64,000 bases of DNA from Octopus vulgaris. Taxonomy: Eukaryota. The notes under the pieces were generated by a model. The model was given only the letters and a program-made list of their open reading frames with translations. It was not told the origin of the DNA and ran no database searches. The stretch covers positions 103,664,001-103,728,000 of the forward strand of contig OX597817.1 of assembly GCA_951406725.2 (NCBI GenBank). The letters are read 5' to 3'. Position 1 is the stretch's first letter. Each line of letters starts with the position of its first letter. Made by a program: the position numbers and the translations under genes. Shown piece after piece: positions 12,548 through 26,600 of this stretch.

Positions 12548-14820
12548 TGTTATGATAGAATGTATAATTGCCAGGTTATTTCTCATGAAGAGATGATGTT
12601 GTGACTAAAGTAAAGTGTCAGCATTTGTTCAGTGTCAAATGAGTTTTCTTTTTATTTTATTACTTATTGATTATCACTCAATTTACTGAAAGGACAATGC
12701 CCATGAATCTTTTTAGGGCCTCTGTTGAGGATGTCCTCCTCCTCCCTCCCACCAGTAGATGGGAGGAAGAAAAATATCATCAAAATGAAAATCCAACTGA
12801 AATGCTTGCAACAAATTGGATGATTCAACTAAAGGCATCCAAAGTTCAAGTGGTAGTTTTAAACTGGTTAGTAGTCAGAAGTTTATCACCAAAGTGAACC
12901 ACACTGGGATTTCAGCTCAGAGCATGAAGAGCTGGACCAGATACTGCAAGGCAGCCCATTCAACACAATAACAGTTCTACCAGTCAGATGTATTTAGAGG
13001 CAGATTTACTAGTACTAAAGTGTATTCAAATAGTGGCAGCTATATCAGTGATTATTTTGAAACAAAGAGTTAAAATATGAAACTAACTTACGCATGCTAT
13101 CTATAAGAAAGATAATGCATAGATTTACACACTTGAGATCTATATAATTCACAAGTGATTTCTTGCCCTTGGAGAAAAGAAATCATTAGCTTTGACAGTG
13201 AAGTTTTCCGCTGTAACTAGGATGAGAATGAATCTTGTCAAAGTTACCTGCCTGTAGACTGAAACTTCTCTTACCTTCACCAACATGTTTGGCATTATAA
13301 TTAAAGGTATCAATTGAAAATATGTAAGCTGTCAAAATATTCACGATTTTGAGTTAGAAAGACATTTAGAAAACAGAATAGACAGTGACTTTAGAGAACA
13401 AACAAAAAAAAAAGAAAAGAAAACGATATTCAAAGCAGCAGAGATAACAAGGCATCATGTTATGATGTGAATACATCACAAAAATATAAAACAAGTGCTT
13501 CAACAAATTACAAAAGGATAGATGAATGAAGGTTCAACATTGCCTGTAGGAAAACTAATTTTAACAGCTATAAATTAAGGGACTCTTCCAATTATTGTCT
13601 TGTCTTGTATCACAGATTTTATCCATGCATTGTCATGCTCACAACTATCTCTGGAAGTAATATCTATCTTAACAAAAATGCCATTCATTTTTGATTTCTT
13701 CTTTCAGAGTATTTTTCTCATCACTAAAATTTATTGGTGTGTGACAATGAAATTCTCTAGTTTATGTGATAAATTATGAAATTCTTCATAAACAAAACAA
13801 AATAGCTACTCCTTTTCAATAGCAGTAACTTAATGTAAAGAAAAGAGTTATTTCCCTTGTCTAGTTCGTTCCGTAGAATTGATAAGAAATGTATGATTAT
13901 GTGCAGCTTCTTGCATGAACAGATTGTTGATGCACAAATCATATCAGTGTTAGTATGTCCCTAATATGCAAGCATACTCACAGAAAAAATAACTATATCA
14001 GTATACTAATGACACTATGCACTACATTTACAATATTTAGTATTTGCAATATTCACAGCAAGTTTTGCATTTTGCTATAATCTTTGTATCCTCTCATCTC
14101 CCTAAGGGACTTAAAACCTGTGCAGGTTACTCACTTCACTTTGGTTTTCTTACAAATTTGATCTTGTTTTCCCATGTCACAATGGTGTGTGTTTTAGCTG
14201 CTAGTAATGTACCTACATCACAACACAAAAGGAATGTTTGCACTATTTAATAGCTTCAGTACCTTCTATAATAGAAACAATATTACATTTCAAAGATATT
14301 TAAAAATTCTTCCTCACAAATCTTGAATAAATGGCTGTTTTGTTGTCCAGCTCCATGAGCATCCTTTGTACTGTTATTTTGAAACTATTTGGTATAGAAT
14401 TTCTAAAGAGAATTGCTGTGTAGCAAACTATTTCTCTTAAAAAGAAGTAGGGTAAATCTGAAGGTGTCTAGATGTCAATAATTCAAAGTTAAAGAGATTA
14501 ATAAATGTTTGTACCAGGAAACACTGGCTAGCATCTCATTTATAGATTTCAGCTGTGCTTTAGCATGTAACAACTATCTCTCCCATGTTTGCAGTGGCAG
14601 GTTTATTCCCTAAAAAAAGCTATGGACAAAGTTAAAATCTAGCACAACATTAACAACCTATTTATGGAGGAAAATGTATTTTGAATGAGATATACTTTTG
14701 TGAAGGAGACTAGGCATAGAAAAATTCCAAAGCAGTGGGCCGTAACATAGATGCAGGAATTTTTCAATTGGAATGAATATTGAACCTTTACCAACATAGT
14801 GTAGATATATACACTATATA

Positions 14821-16113
14821 CCTCAAGTTTCTTGAGGACGTTACCCAAATCACTGATCGCGGATCCTGGGTGGATGTTGTTTACCTGGACTTTGCTAAGG
14901 CTTTTAACTCTGTGCCACACAAAAGACTTATGGTGAAGCTTTCTGCGTTGGGTGTAAGAGACGAACTCTATAACTGGTTGAAGTCCTTTATTTTCAGCCG
15001 AAAAGAGGTTGTCACAGTTCTAGGACAGCACTCTTCGCCCTATGAGATGACATCTGGTGTACCACAGGGATCTGTTCTTGGCCCCCTTTTATTTGTTGCA
15101 TATGTTAATGACATAGATGCCAACTTAAAGAATGCCACAGAGCTGAAATATGCAGATGACATCAAGCTGTACCTCGAAATAAAGAGGTCAAATCCTGTAC
15201 ACTATAGATCTCTATTGCAAGCAGACCTGGACACAATGCAGCAGTGGATCATGGACTGGCAACTCAAGCTGGCTGTGGTCAAATGTACCACCATGCATTT
15301 TGGGAGGAGAAACCCAGCGTCCACCTACTCCCTCCACAACACTAGTCTCAAAAAGTCTTCATGTGAACGTGACCTGGGTGTTATTGTCGACAGTGATTTG
15401 CGTTGGACAAAACTCATCGCTAAAATTGTCAAGAAGGCTGAGGGTGTCTTGGCATCACTCACCAAATCCTTTGTGAGCCGCTCTCCGGCTATCTATCTGC
15501 AGCTTTATATAGCTATGGTAAGACCTCACCTGGAATTTGCATCACCGGTCTGGAACCCCTATCTTGCCCAGGATATCAATCGTCTGGAAGCTGTTCAGCG
15601 ACGTGCAACCAAAAGAATACCCTCCATCAGGCATTTGCCATATCCTGAACGCCTTACTTCCCTGGGCATGGACACATTGAAACTCCGACGTCTGGCAGTT
15701 GACTTGGCAGACACCCATAAAATTATCAACCATCGTACAAACAATAACTCTGAGCACCTTTTCAAACTCCACCCATCTAACACCCGTGGACATATTTACA
15801 AAGTAAGAAAACAGCACAGCTCCCATGACTTCAGGAAACATTTTTTCACGCTGAGAGTTGCTGAAGCATGGAACAAACTGCCGGCATCAGTTGTTAGTTG
15901 TCGGAGCACTGCATCCTTCAAAACTTCCATGCTTCCTGAGATTCGCCAACACTACACTTGATTTTCTCCCCTCCATACACACACAAGCATGTATCTGACT
16001 CATACATTGTTCGCTTTCCAGACATTTCTACATTACTGCATGTACTTTATATGCACTTTCTGACAAGTTGTGGTGCACCTGAGCACTGTATACAATTAAT
16101 TTCATTATTATTT
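14821..16113 (+). mobile_element. CR1-clade LINE, 5'-truncated, with open RT/C-terminal ORF (14780-15961)
   Basis: Motifs VDVVYLDFAKAFNSVPH, SGVPQGSVLGPLLF, KYADD and VRPHLEFASPVWNP. Short 3' UTR ending in ttcattattatt. Confidence 0.95.
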
Positions 16114-19100
16114 TATATAATCTTCAGCATATGATATGCATTCTCCAACACAGTTACTATACACTCTAATCAGGGACAGGAATGAGGTAGGATATGCAGT
16201 GGTACAGTATTCACCTACTTTTCAACTTGGGTGAAGAGCTTACAGTATTTAACCTTCCCTTCTAAACCAAGCTTCACAGATCTTAACCTTAATTCGTAAG
16301 ACCCAGTTCCAGTCCAAGAAGCATTTTGCATTCTCCAACACAATATACATATACTCCAACACAGTGTATATATTCTATAACACATTGTGTATTTTCTTTA
16401 ACACACTGTATATATTCTCTAACACATTTTGTGTATTGTCTAACATAGCTAACTGCTTACATGATGCAAAATTTTGACTAACCTGGCAGATAACTTGTTG
16501 GGAAGAAACCAGGAAAACAATCATTACTAAAGAACGTTTTGTCCTGTGTATGATCTTTGCAGGATTTAGGTTTATAAATGATTGCTTCTGGTTATCAAAG
16601 GTTAGTAATTTCCACCACAGCTTGCATGCTGTTCTAACCTGTATAGTAGAAGGTTAATCAAGTGGAGGATTTGGGAATTTTCTGGTGTATGATATCTAGA
16701 GGAATATATTTACTTTATATTGTCACTTGTTTGAAGTCCCACATGGATAAAAAGCAGTGATATTAATAGATTTTAGGAATCAAAGGTACACAAAGGCCCA
16801 TGTGGCTGAAAGTGGGAAGGAGTAGAGATTAGACACAATAAAACTCCCATTTTTCCCATGAGCTAAAAGAGAGGGTGAATACCGTCTACTTATGACTCTT
16901 ACTCCATTTCCATCACAGGTTAAAGGATAGTTGAAAATTAAAATACAATTTGGTCATTTAATCACTTTATATTACTGGAAGGTAAATAGTGCTGTAGACA
17001 TGTGGTATTTTAGTGTAAGCTAAAGTAAAGGGCTGGGCAGTGGTTGGAGACTCCTGGAAGCATAAAGATTATAATGCATGTTTAGAGGTTGTCCTTGTGT
17101 GTTTAGAATGGCATTTTCTGCATTAGTTATGATTGGTGAAATTATTTAGAACAATGAATATATTCTATGAATCAACAAAAGGAGATTCTATATTATCATT
17201 TGACCTGCCCTCTATTGCGACCAAATATCTTTCATCAATCTTCTTTACATTTTTAAATGAATTTTTGAGGATGATAGAAACATTACAACATCTGACTCAT
17301 CAAAACTCATTCTGTTGTATGGGAGTTTTGTTGCTTACATTGGTGGGTGGCCTGGGACAGCTCTGGTGTCATGGTAGAAGGGGCAAAAACACCAACAGAA
17401 CCACTTCACTGCCTGATGAGACATCAACTGATACATTTGGAGATGGAGTAGAGTAACACCCTCTGTACACAAGGGTTTATTCTACATATCTAAAGTGTAA
17501 GTAGAAAAGATTGCAAATAACCTATGAGAAATCAACCACATTTATTATTGATTGTGGGAGAAAGATTTTAAGTGTAGATTCGGCCTTTTGGGAAGAGCTT
17601 TGGGGAGAGTGTTGAAAATAGGAAAATTTCTATCACAGGCAAGATGGAGGTTATGAATTCAAAGTTTGAGTGAAAGTAATGTAGAGGAGAAATTGTCCAA
17701 TAGTTTTATAGTTTTATTTGTTTTCTGACATTTTCATAAAGTCTGGAAATGTGTGTATTATGAGGAAGGGAGTGACTCAGCTGTTATAACCTGTCTCAGG
17801 AATCAATAGCCTTGTTTTCAATTAAGACAGCTTACATTGTTACAAAATGGCCTTTTTCTAAGATTCATTTCTTTGTCTTATTCTTAATTTTCTTATTCTT
17901 AATTCCATGCTTTCAGTCTATTCAAAATGAATATGCCTATCATCTAATTATCTGCCTAATTTTTTAACTTAATTTTATCTGATATTAGTACCATCTGTTG
18001 CAACCAGTCACTTCGCAACTAGGAGTCAGCAGTCTTGAAAGAGTCTCATAATCCAGTTTTCAATGAAGACATTTTTACATAATGGTCTCTTTTTAACAGG
18101 TTCATTTCCTTGTCTTGACTTGTTCTTTTTATTAGAATTTTTAAAAATTAATTCCTTACTTTCAGGCTAATCCCCAAAGATTTGGCTATCATCTAAAAGT
18201 TTGCTTTATTCTTTTCTTTCAGTTTTATTAATAGACATGCCATCATATTGTAAAGTAGTGCTTGAAAGGGTACTCGCTCATAGAAACCATACCAAAAATG
18301 GAATCTATGCATGAGACATAAGTTCTGCAAGATGCTTCACATGCTACCTGTCTACAAGAGCAGTAGTAATTTTAATAATGGAAGGCATTATCATCTCCTT
18401 CCATCATTCTTCTTGTTCTTTATGTAGTTCAGGTGAAGAGAAAAGACTTCAAGTACAACTGCTATTTACAACTGGTTTATTCACAGGAAAGGTGAAGTGT
18501 GCTGCTCTCAGCTACCATCTTAAGCTCCAATAGTGTGGACACATTGCCTCTGGAGATAGACAGGTAGAAAACCTCAGCCAGTGCTGCTGTGGATGATAGC
18601 GCCAAAAGAGGCAGGTCTGAATTGGTTTCCCGTTTATATAGTTTCCATTGTGAGCCTCGTTGTGATCTCACGCATGGCAAATGGATGCAGGTGAGGTCTT
18701 GCTCCAGTCTTGAAGATGGCCAGGGCTGCCGCAAGATCTCATCCAATATGGCGCTGGCTGATTGTGCCGCTACATAATAAAAAGTTGATACAGAGTAAAG
18801 GAAACGCCTTAGTTCTAACATGGGATAATTTTTCTACTGTTTCTAATATGATAAAATGCCCTGAGTGCACTCTGTAAAGTGATAAGTAATACAAAGGGAA
18901 TTCACCTGTATAAAAACAATGCCAAAACTAGAATAATTGAGGGAAACATAGACTCAGTAAGTTGCGTATGTTACTCATCTAGACGAGCAGTTACTCTGAG
19001 TAAGATCTGATTCACAGCAGATAAAACTTTTCAGTTCTACCACCCCACTCAATGTGACAACTTCTATAATGTCAGTGGCATGATAAAAATTCCTCTAAGA

Positions 19101-19207
19101 CATACGTGACACCAAAGTTATCCATTTTTTTCTGTTATGTATGTGTTCAAAATGATTTGGACTGATGATGTGTCTAACCAAGTTAGAATGGAAAAGAAAT
19201 TAGACAT

Positions 19208-19253
19208 GAATGATGATGACAATGACGACAATGATGACAGTGGTGATGATAAT

Positions 19254-19310
<57 letters not shown>

Positions 19311-19312
19311 AT
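19208..19312. repeat. (GAT/GAC)n-(GTA)n microsatellite
   Basis: Directly visible. Confidence 0.9.
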
Positions 19313-20465
19313 AATATTAATAAAAAAATAAAAGTTTTCAGAGATGTATGAATTACAGAACAGAAAAGTAAAATAAAACAAATGTCAATTATGTATCTAG
19401 AGAGATGGTTGTTTTGTTTTTAATTTCCTTTATATATATTCAGGTTTTCATTTAATGTACTCTTTAATTCTTTTACTGTTCTCTTAATGCAGTCAGTCAA
19501 CTGTGGCTTATCAACACACTGCTAATTATATCATTTTATTACATTCATTTTATCAAATTTTATTTTCAAATCACCAAGTTTACCAGAGTCGTATCTCTTT
19601 GGCTTTCACAAGCCACTCATCTACCTCTAGCTTCCTCAGAGCCCTTTGTAGATTTACTTCGTTTTTATGAACTTAAATACAATATATTACACACACTCAC
19701 ACTCACACTCACACACACAGATATAATAGACATCTGCTTGATGACTGTCAACTGCATTTCACTCTCAAAAATTGACCAATCTGAGGCTATGGAATAAGGC
19801 ATTTTGCCAAAATGGCATGCCATGAAATTGAACCTAAAACTACAAATGACTGCAAAATGAACTGAGTCACAGATCCATGCCTGCACACATATTCCGTTAC
19901 TGAACTTTATTCTGTTATAACTTAACCAAGAGCCAATCTCTTCTTGTTGAGAAATGTGTCTGTCAAAATATACTATTAGATTATCCTTGTCGTTGTTGAA
20001 CTGCAGCCATACTGGGACACCTCTTCAAGGGCTTTTAGCTGATGATGATATCAACCCAACCTCACCTCACTCTTGTTTCCATTTCAATCTGATTAACACA
20101 ATAGTGTTGATCTGTATTTATTGAACAGAGATGTTATGAGACTTAAACGGAACAGAACATAAAAGAGACACTGGCATTTAAACTGTTTGAACACATACGA
20201 ACACATACCTATATCTCTAACTACCCACCTACATATTTATCCATTCATCCATCTGAGTAAGGGGGCTGGGGGTGGAGGTGGAGAGGAGTGTACAAAACAC
20301 ACAACAGGCTTCTTCACAGTTTCCATCTACCTGATTCTACTTACAAAATATTGGTTAACACAAGACCAAAGTAGAAAATACCTACCCAAGGTGCTGCACA
20401 GTAAAGTTGAACTTGACACCATGTGTAAATGCAAACTTCTAAACCACACAACTCTATCTGTGTCC

Positions 20466-20524
<59 letters not shown>

Positions 20525-21055
20525 TATATATTTCAAAGTCTTACCTTATTTATATTTCAATAAAATGTTGCACTTCATGATAAGAGATCTTCCACTTGGC
20601 TGGTTGACCTGCTAGAAATGGCAGCCAAAGCTCCCTTAAAATGAAACAAAAAGAACACATTAGTTAATGTAGTTTTACATAATTCTTGAAAAAAATTTTA
20701 AAAAAGATAAATATCTGAATGTTTATGACTGGACTGCATTTGATCATATGTCTACTTGACCAGAGTTGACCTGACATTGAATAACAAAACAACAGCAACT
20801 TCACAATACTAATGTATGTTCTATTATTCATTCTAGCTTAACATAAAAATAAAATTTTTGTAGCTTGGCTTTGATTAAATTTACTATGAAAGATAGTACA
20901 ATAATCTCTGTTTGTCAGAGCTAGAATGTTGTAAATCATTATATCACCTTCACCCATTTCCTTCTTCCTCAGTTATCTCTGTTCTTTTTATCACTTAGGC
21001 TCTCCTCATTAACCACTATACTCACTCTCTCCTCTTGCAGAACATCAACAGTCAG

Positions 21056-21280
21056 TGAGCTGGCAGAAACCTTAGCACGCCGGGCGAAATGCTTAGTGGT
21101 ATTTCGTCTGCTGTTACGTTCTGAGTTCAAATTCCACCGAGGTCAACTTTGCCTTTCATCCCATCTGGGTCGATAAATTAAGTACCAGTTATGCATGGGG
21201 TCGATGTAATCGACATAATCACTTTGTCTGTCCTTGTTTGTCCCCTCTATGTTTAGCCCCTTGTGGGCAATAAAGAAATA
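21056..21280 (+). mobile_element. SINE family B (MetaSINE-like) with 17-bp target-site duplication
   Basis: TSD agaacatcaacagtcag at 21039-21055 and 21281-21297. tRNA-like head, central tttgcctttcatcc...ggtcgataaattaagtaccag resembling the Meta domain, A-rich tail. Confidence 0.88.
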
Positions 21281-22840
21281 AGAACATCAACAGTCAGGAG
21301 TTTACTCCACTCAACTTTTTTCTGTTGCATTTGTATGTTGGTACTAAATACAACCTCATTAATCCCAGAGATGGTCTAGGAGGGCCATGGACACAATGCA
21401 TGTCACTTCTTTCTCTTTATGGATCCATGAAAACAAAAAAAAACTAAGTCATTGTTATCAAAGGTATTCCAGTCATGATCATCCTGCCATTTTTAGTGGA
21501 ATGTAATAGAGAACTTCATTATCCAATATGTTGCTTTCTTATTTAAGATGCAAAATTGTAATTTTAGAGGTATTTGGCTGCTATTTTCAGCTGGCTCATG
21601 ACTAATGTGGTCTTTGGTTATTTGAGATGCAAGGCTGTTTGCAATAGGCTGAATGATAAAAAGGCTCTTTGTTAGTTTGAACTAAGTTGAAGTGGTCTAA
21701 AATATAAATGCCCCTGATCACTATCTGTCAATTTTACTGATCTTTGTGATAATAAAAGTTATGATAATAACTGTCAAATGCAATGCTAATTTATTCATAT
21801 TGTTTTGAATTAATCATGCATTATCATTTTGTGCTGAGGTTTCAAGGGCGTGCTTGTTTGTTTTTAGAATGACATTGTATGGCATGTGTGAGAGGCTGAA
21901 TATGGTCAGTCTGTACATAAAACAGGTATAATATTTGGGTTGGATATGGCCAGTTTAAATTCTAGAGGGTTAAATATGCTAACACTAACTTAACTATTGT
22001 TTTTCATGAAGATGATGTCTAAGTAACTCAGTGATATTTTTTTAATAAAATAATAAAAGTTATGTAGAACAACTATTGAAAATCAGAAATTGAAAGGTAT
22101 CTAATCTTTAATTCTCAATCATAATTACCATTTCTACACAGTTTTTATAGAAATATTCCGCTTGTTAATTATTAAATTTACTCTATAAATTAAACTTTCC
22201 ATAAAGCTTTCTAAATATACAACATATAGAGCTATGATTTATGTTTAGATCATACATGACTATGATTAAGGATGTTCCAGACGTGGCCATCCTATCAGGG
22301 CCTGCAATATCCAATGTATCCTTATTTATTTAAGACAGTAGGGCATGATGTGAGATAGATTTAACTGCTACTTTTAGCAGATTAAGCACCACCAATTATG
22401 TAGAGACTACTAACCTCAATGACTGGACTTTAGCAGGCTACATCTACAGGTGTTTTCTTCTCTTAATAGTATAGTAAGACATTTTCTCTTTGCTATTTCT
22501 TACTTTAACTTTTGATATATATTTTACTATAATTATCTCTGCTGCTTGTATTTATTTACTTGCTACAGCCAAGATTCCCACCTCTTACCACATAATTTCA
22601 CTACCTATCATTTCAACAGTGTCTACATATTTCAATGTAATTCCTTATACATAGCTTCTTTGTATGCTACTAACCTGTACAGTAAATTATTTTCTTCTAT
22701 TTCTTATTGTTGAAGCTTAATCTCTGTTCACTATTGTTGGCATTATATCAAAGCTAAGAAAATAAGTAATCCATATTGTTTATCATTTTTGATATACAAT
22801 ATTTTTTTTAATGTCATTTGTTTTAAAATTCTATTTTTAG

Positions 22841-22963
22841 GTAGAACAAAATCGCATTCAAATATTACTAGCAAAAGCTGACAGCAAGTCATGGTACCCA
22901 GCATTGAATACTGGTTTAGAAACATTTCAAGGAGTTGAAGAGGAAACAAACATGGAGACTTAG
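22841..22963 (+). CDS. CS-domain gene terminal coding exon (VEQNRIQILLAKADSKSWYPALNTGLETFQGVEEETNMET*)
   Basis: Acceptor atttttAG at 22839-22840, phase 0, stop TAG at 22961-22963. Contains the I-x-I-x-L-x-K-x5-W motif that closes CS domains. Confidence 0.85.
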   Translation, partial: VEQNRIQILLAKADSKSWYPALNTGLETFQGVEEETNMET

Positions 22964-23619
22964 AACACGATGGTCATTTCTGATTCATAAGAGTACAACT
23001 AATGCTGGCATTTCAGATTTATGAAAGTCCAACACATGCCAACACGGAAAACAAACATTAAATATATAATAATTTACAATATATAACGATTTATATATAT
23101 ATATATATACATATATCATTATAATTATTATGGTTATTCATTTAGTTAATCAATTTAGCAGTATGTTATAGCAAAATTAAGAAATCCAATTGTTAAATTC
23201 TGTTTACTTTTGCTCTAAATCTTGAAAATTCCATCTCTTCATTTGTTTTGTTTTGTTTTGTTACCTGTTCTCTTATCCAAATGTTCCATTGTTTCCTTGA
23301 CTGTAACCCTGATTCTCAAAAATGTCACCACTCTCTCTCTCTCTCCCTCTCTCTCTCTCAGTTTTGTTACCCACTTGCTTTCCTATGTTGATTGTTAATT
23401 AGTGGTTCACATCAGCAGTCATAATGTTTTACCATTCATGGCACACCCTGTCAACCCACTCCCACCACCTATACCAGAAGTTTTTCTTCTCTAACCTCTA
23501 CAAGATGTCTTTCTCCTGAGCACATCCAATAGTTACCTATATGCAACGCTTTCCCCCCCTCTTCCCCTCCAACCCTATCTAGTGTCTACCTCCTGTTAAA
23601 ACAATTATAATGATGAAGT

Positions 23620-26600
23620 GTATGCAGGTTGAAGCCTGTTTTTATGTTTACAATGTCTACCAAATGCACATGAAAGCTTTCTTTTCAGATGCACAATGCT
23701 GCTGTCCCCCATCCCAGGGTCTTGTTAGCCCACACCTTTCACACCCTCAGAGTTGGCACATTGAAAGGTATGTCTAGTGAGATTGTTGAGATGCTTGAAC
23801 AGAGGCGTGTAGACTTGTGTCACATCCAGGAGGTAAGGTGGAGAGGAAGTTCTGCTAGGTTCCTCACAGGCAAAGAACATAGGTATAATATTTTCTGGGT
23901 AAGGAACAGTGATGGGGTTGGGGGACATGGGAATACACTTTGCTGAGAAATGGGTTGATAAGGTAATTGAGGTAGTCAGAGTCTGTGATAGAATACTTAA
24001 GCTTAGACTAGTGCTGCAATATGGAATAGCAACCATTAGCTCAGCCAGGACTACCTGATGAACAGAAAGACTGATTTTATGACACAATGTTACAAACTAC
24101 CTCATCAATGAATGACAGGGAACTTCTCTTTGTGGCTGGCATGCTAGACAACATTCAGGGAGCTTCCATGGTGTGCATGGTGGCCACAGATTTGGTTCCC
24201 ATAATGAAGAAGGAACCAGGCTAGTGGAATTCTGTGATGCAAATGATTATGTAATAACAGGAAACTCGCCAGTCATCTGTTCACCTACCAGTCTAGTGGG
24301 TACACCAGTCAAATTGACTATAGTTTCACTGGGAAACGAGAATGATGGTTACTTACAAATGCCAAAACTTTCCCTGGTGAAGAATGCATCCACAACATAG
24401 TTTAGTAGTTAGTGACTTCAGGATCAGGGCTAAATGGCTGCCCAGAAGATGACCAGTGTGAAAAAGAAGGGTCTGGCAGCTTAAGAATCCTCTGAATGAA
24501 CAAAAATCTAGAGATGCATTACTTGAAGCTTTTGATGAAAGAAAGGAGGATATAGGATCACATAATGTGGAGGACAACTGGAGGTTCCTATGGGACAACC
24601 TGTTGAAGACTACTGATCAGATCTGTGGCTGGTGCAAAGTCTCCTCTCGACCTAAGGTAACATGGTGGTGGAGCAGTGTAGTTGACAAGGCCATTAGGGA
24701 AAAGAAACAGGCATGGAAGGATTGGAAGTGTGGTGGTAGCAGGGAACTGTATCAGATAGCCAAAATGGAAGCTAAGAGATAGGTTTACTTAGCCAGAAGA
24801 GAAATAGATAAGAAAAAATTTGCCAATGTTCTGCATCATGAGGACCAGAGACTTGTGTTTTGAATTGCAAGACTGTGTGAGAGAAAATCACAATGTCATA
24901 GGAGAGAAATGTGTCCGCATAGATGATGGCTCACTTGCCTTTAATGATGCTGCAAAGAAAGAAACTTGGAGATGACACTATGAAAGGTTGCTAAAGAAAG
25001 AGAAGGAATGGGAGAAAGAGAGTCTACCAAATATCAACCCAACAGAGGGACCAGCTATCCAAATTGACAGTACCTTGGTAGATAAAGAAATTAAGGATAT
25101 GAAGACAGGGAAAGTCCCTGACCCATCAGGAATTACTGCTGAGATGCTTAAAATATCTGGAGGTGTAGGCTATAGTCTAGTCATCTGTATAGTTAACCAG
25201 GTGATACACAAAGGAGTTATACCCAATGACTGGTGCAGCAGCACCATAGTCAACTCCTGCAAAGGTAAAGGTGACACCTTAGATAGAAATAATTACAGAA
25301 ATATCAAATTGTTGAATCAGGGGATGAAAGTCATGGAGCAGGTCATAGCCCAACTAATTAGGGAGAGAGTCAGCCTAGACAAGATGCAGTTTGGATTTGT
25401 GCCAGGGAAAAGCACCACTGATGCTATATTTCTGGTAAGACAGCTGCAGGAGAAATACCTAGCCAAACATAAACCTCTATACCTGGCTCTCATTGACATG
25501 GATAAAGACTTTAATAGGGACCCCTGATCCCTTATCTGGTGGTCAATGCAGAAACTAGGGATAGATGAGTGGTTGGTGAGAGCTCTACAAGCCATGTATA
25601 GGATGCTGTCAGTAAGGTGAGGGTTGGCAGTGAGTATAGTGAAGAATTCAGGGTAGAAGTAGGGGTTCACCAAGGATCAGTCCTCAACTCCCTTTTGTTC
25701 ATCATTGTCCTCCAGGAAATAACAGATAGATTCAAGATAGGCTGCCCCTGAGAGCTCCTCTATGCTGATGACCTTGCTCTAATAGCTGAGTTACTATCAG
25801 AACTAGAGAAGAAGTTTCAGGTATGGAAGCAATGTCTAGAATCAAAGGGCCTTAGTGTTAACCTAGCAAAAGCCAAAGTCTTAGTGAGTAGGAAGGAGAA
25901 CAAGTCACAAATCACTTTAGGTAGATGGGCCTCCTCGATCTGCAGAAAAGGCATAGGTAGAAACTCCATAAGATGTACTTGGTGTAAGCTGTGGACACAT
26001 AAAAGGTGCAGCAATATCAAAGGAAGGCTAACTGGGAAGATAGTTTTTGTGAGCAGAAGATGCACAGGTGCAATAAACACCAAAATTGTACAGAAAACAT
26101 TCTATCACATGCCATGGCAAGCTAGAGGTAGTAGATAGCTTCTGTTATCTAGGTGACAAAATCATTTGTGGGGTAGATGCTCTGGGACCATAGCTGCTAG
26201 AATAAGAATAGGCTGGGCAAAGTTCAGAGAGCTCCTACCTCTGCTGGTAACAAAGGACCTCTCACTCAAAGTGAAAAGTAGACTGTATGATGCCTGTGTG
26301 TGAACATCCATGCTACATGGCTGTGAAACATGGGCTATAACTGCTGAGGACATGCGTAGACTCGAAAGAAATGAAGCTAGTATGCTCCACTGGATGTGTA
26401 ATGTCAGCGTGCATGCACAACAGAGTGTAAGTGCCCTGAGAGAAAAGTTGGACATAAGAAGCATCAGATGTGGTGTGTAAGACAGATGACTGCGCTGGTA
26501 TGATCATGTGATGCATATAGATGAGGACAGCTGTGTGAAGAAGTGTCACACCCTAACAGTGGAGAGAACCTGTGGAAGAAGTACATCCAGAAAAACATGG

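Noticed and set aside
16500-17750. Possible ancient minus-strand Penelope RT remnant
   Set aside because: Only faint motif-like fragments, too decayed to call by eye.
18433-18821. Additional exon or gene (ORFs 18477 and 18589)
   Set aside because: No recognisable domain, and exons 8264 and 22841 already join into a continuous CS motif. It may be an old LINE 3' remnant but cannot be supported.
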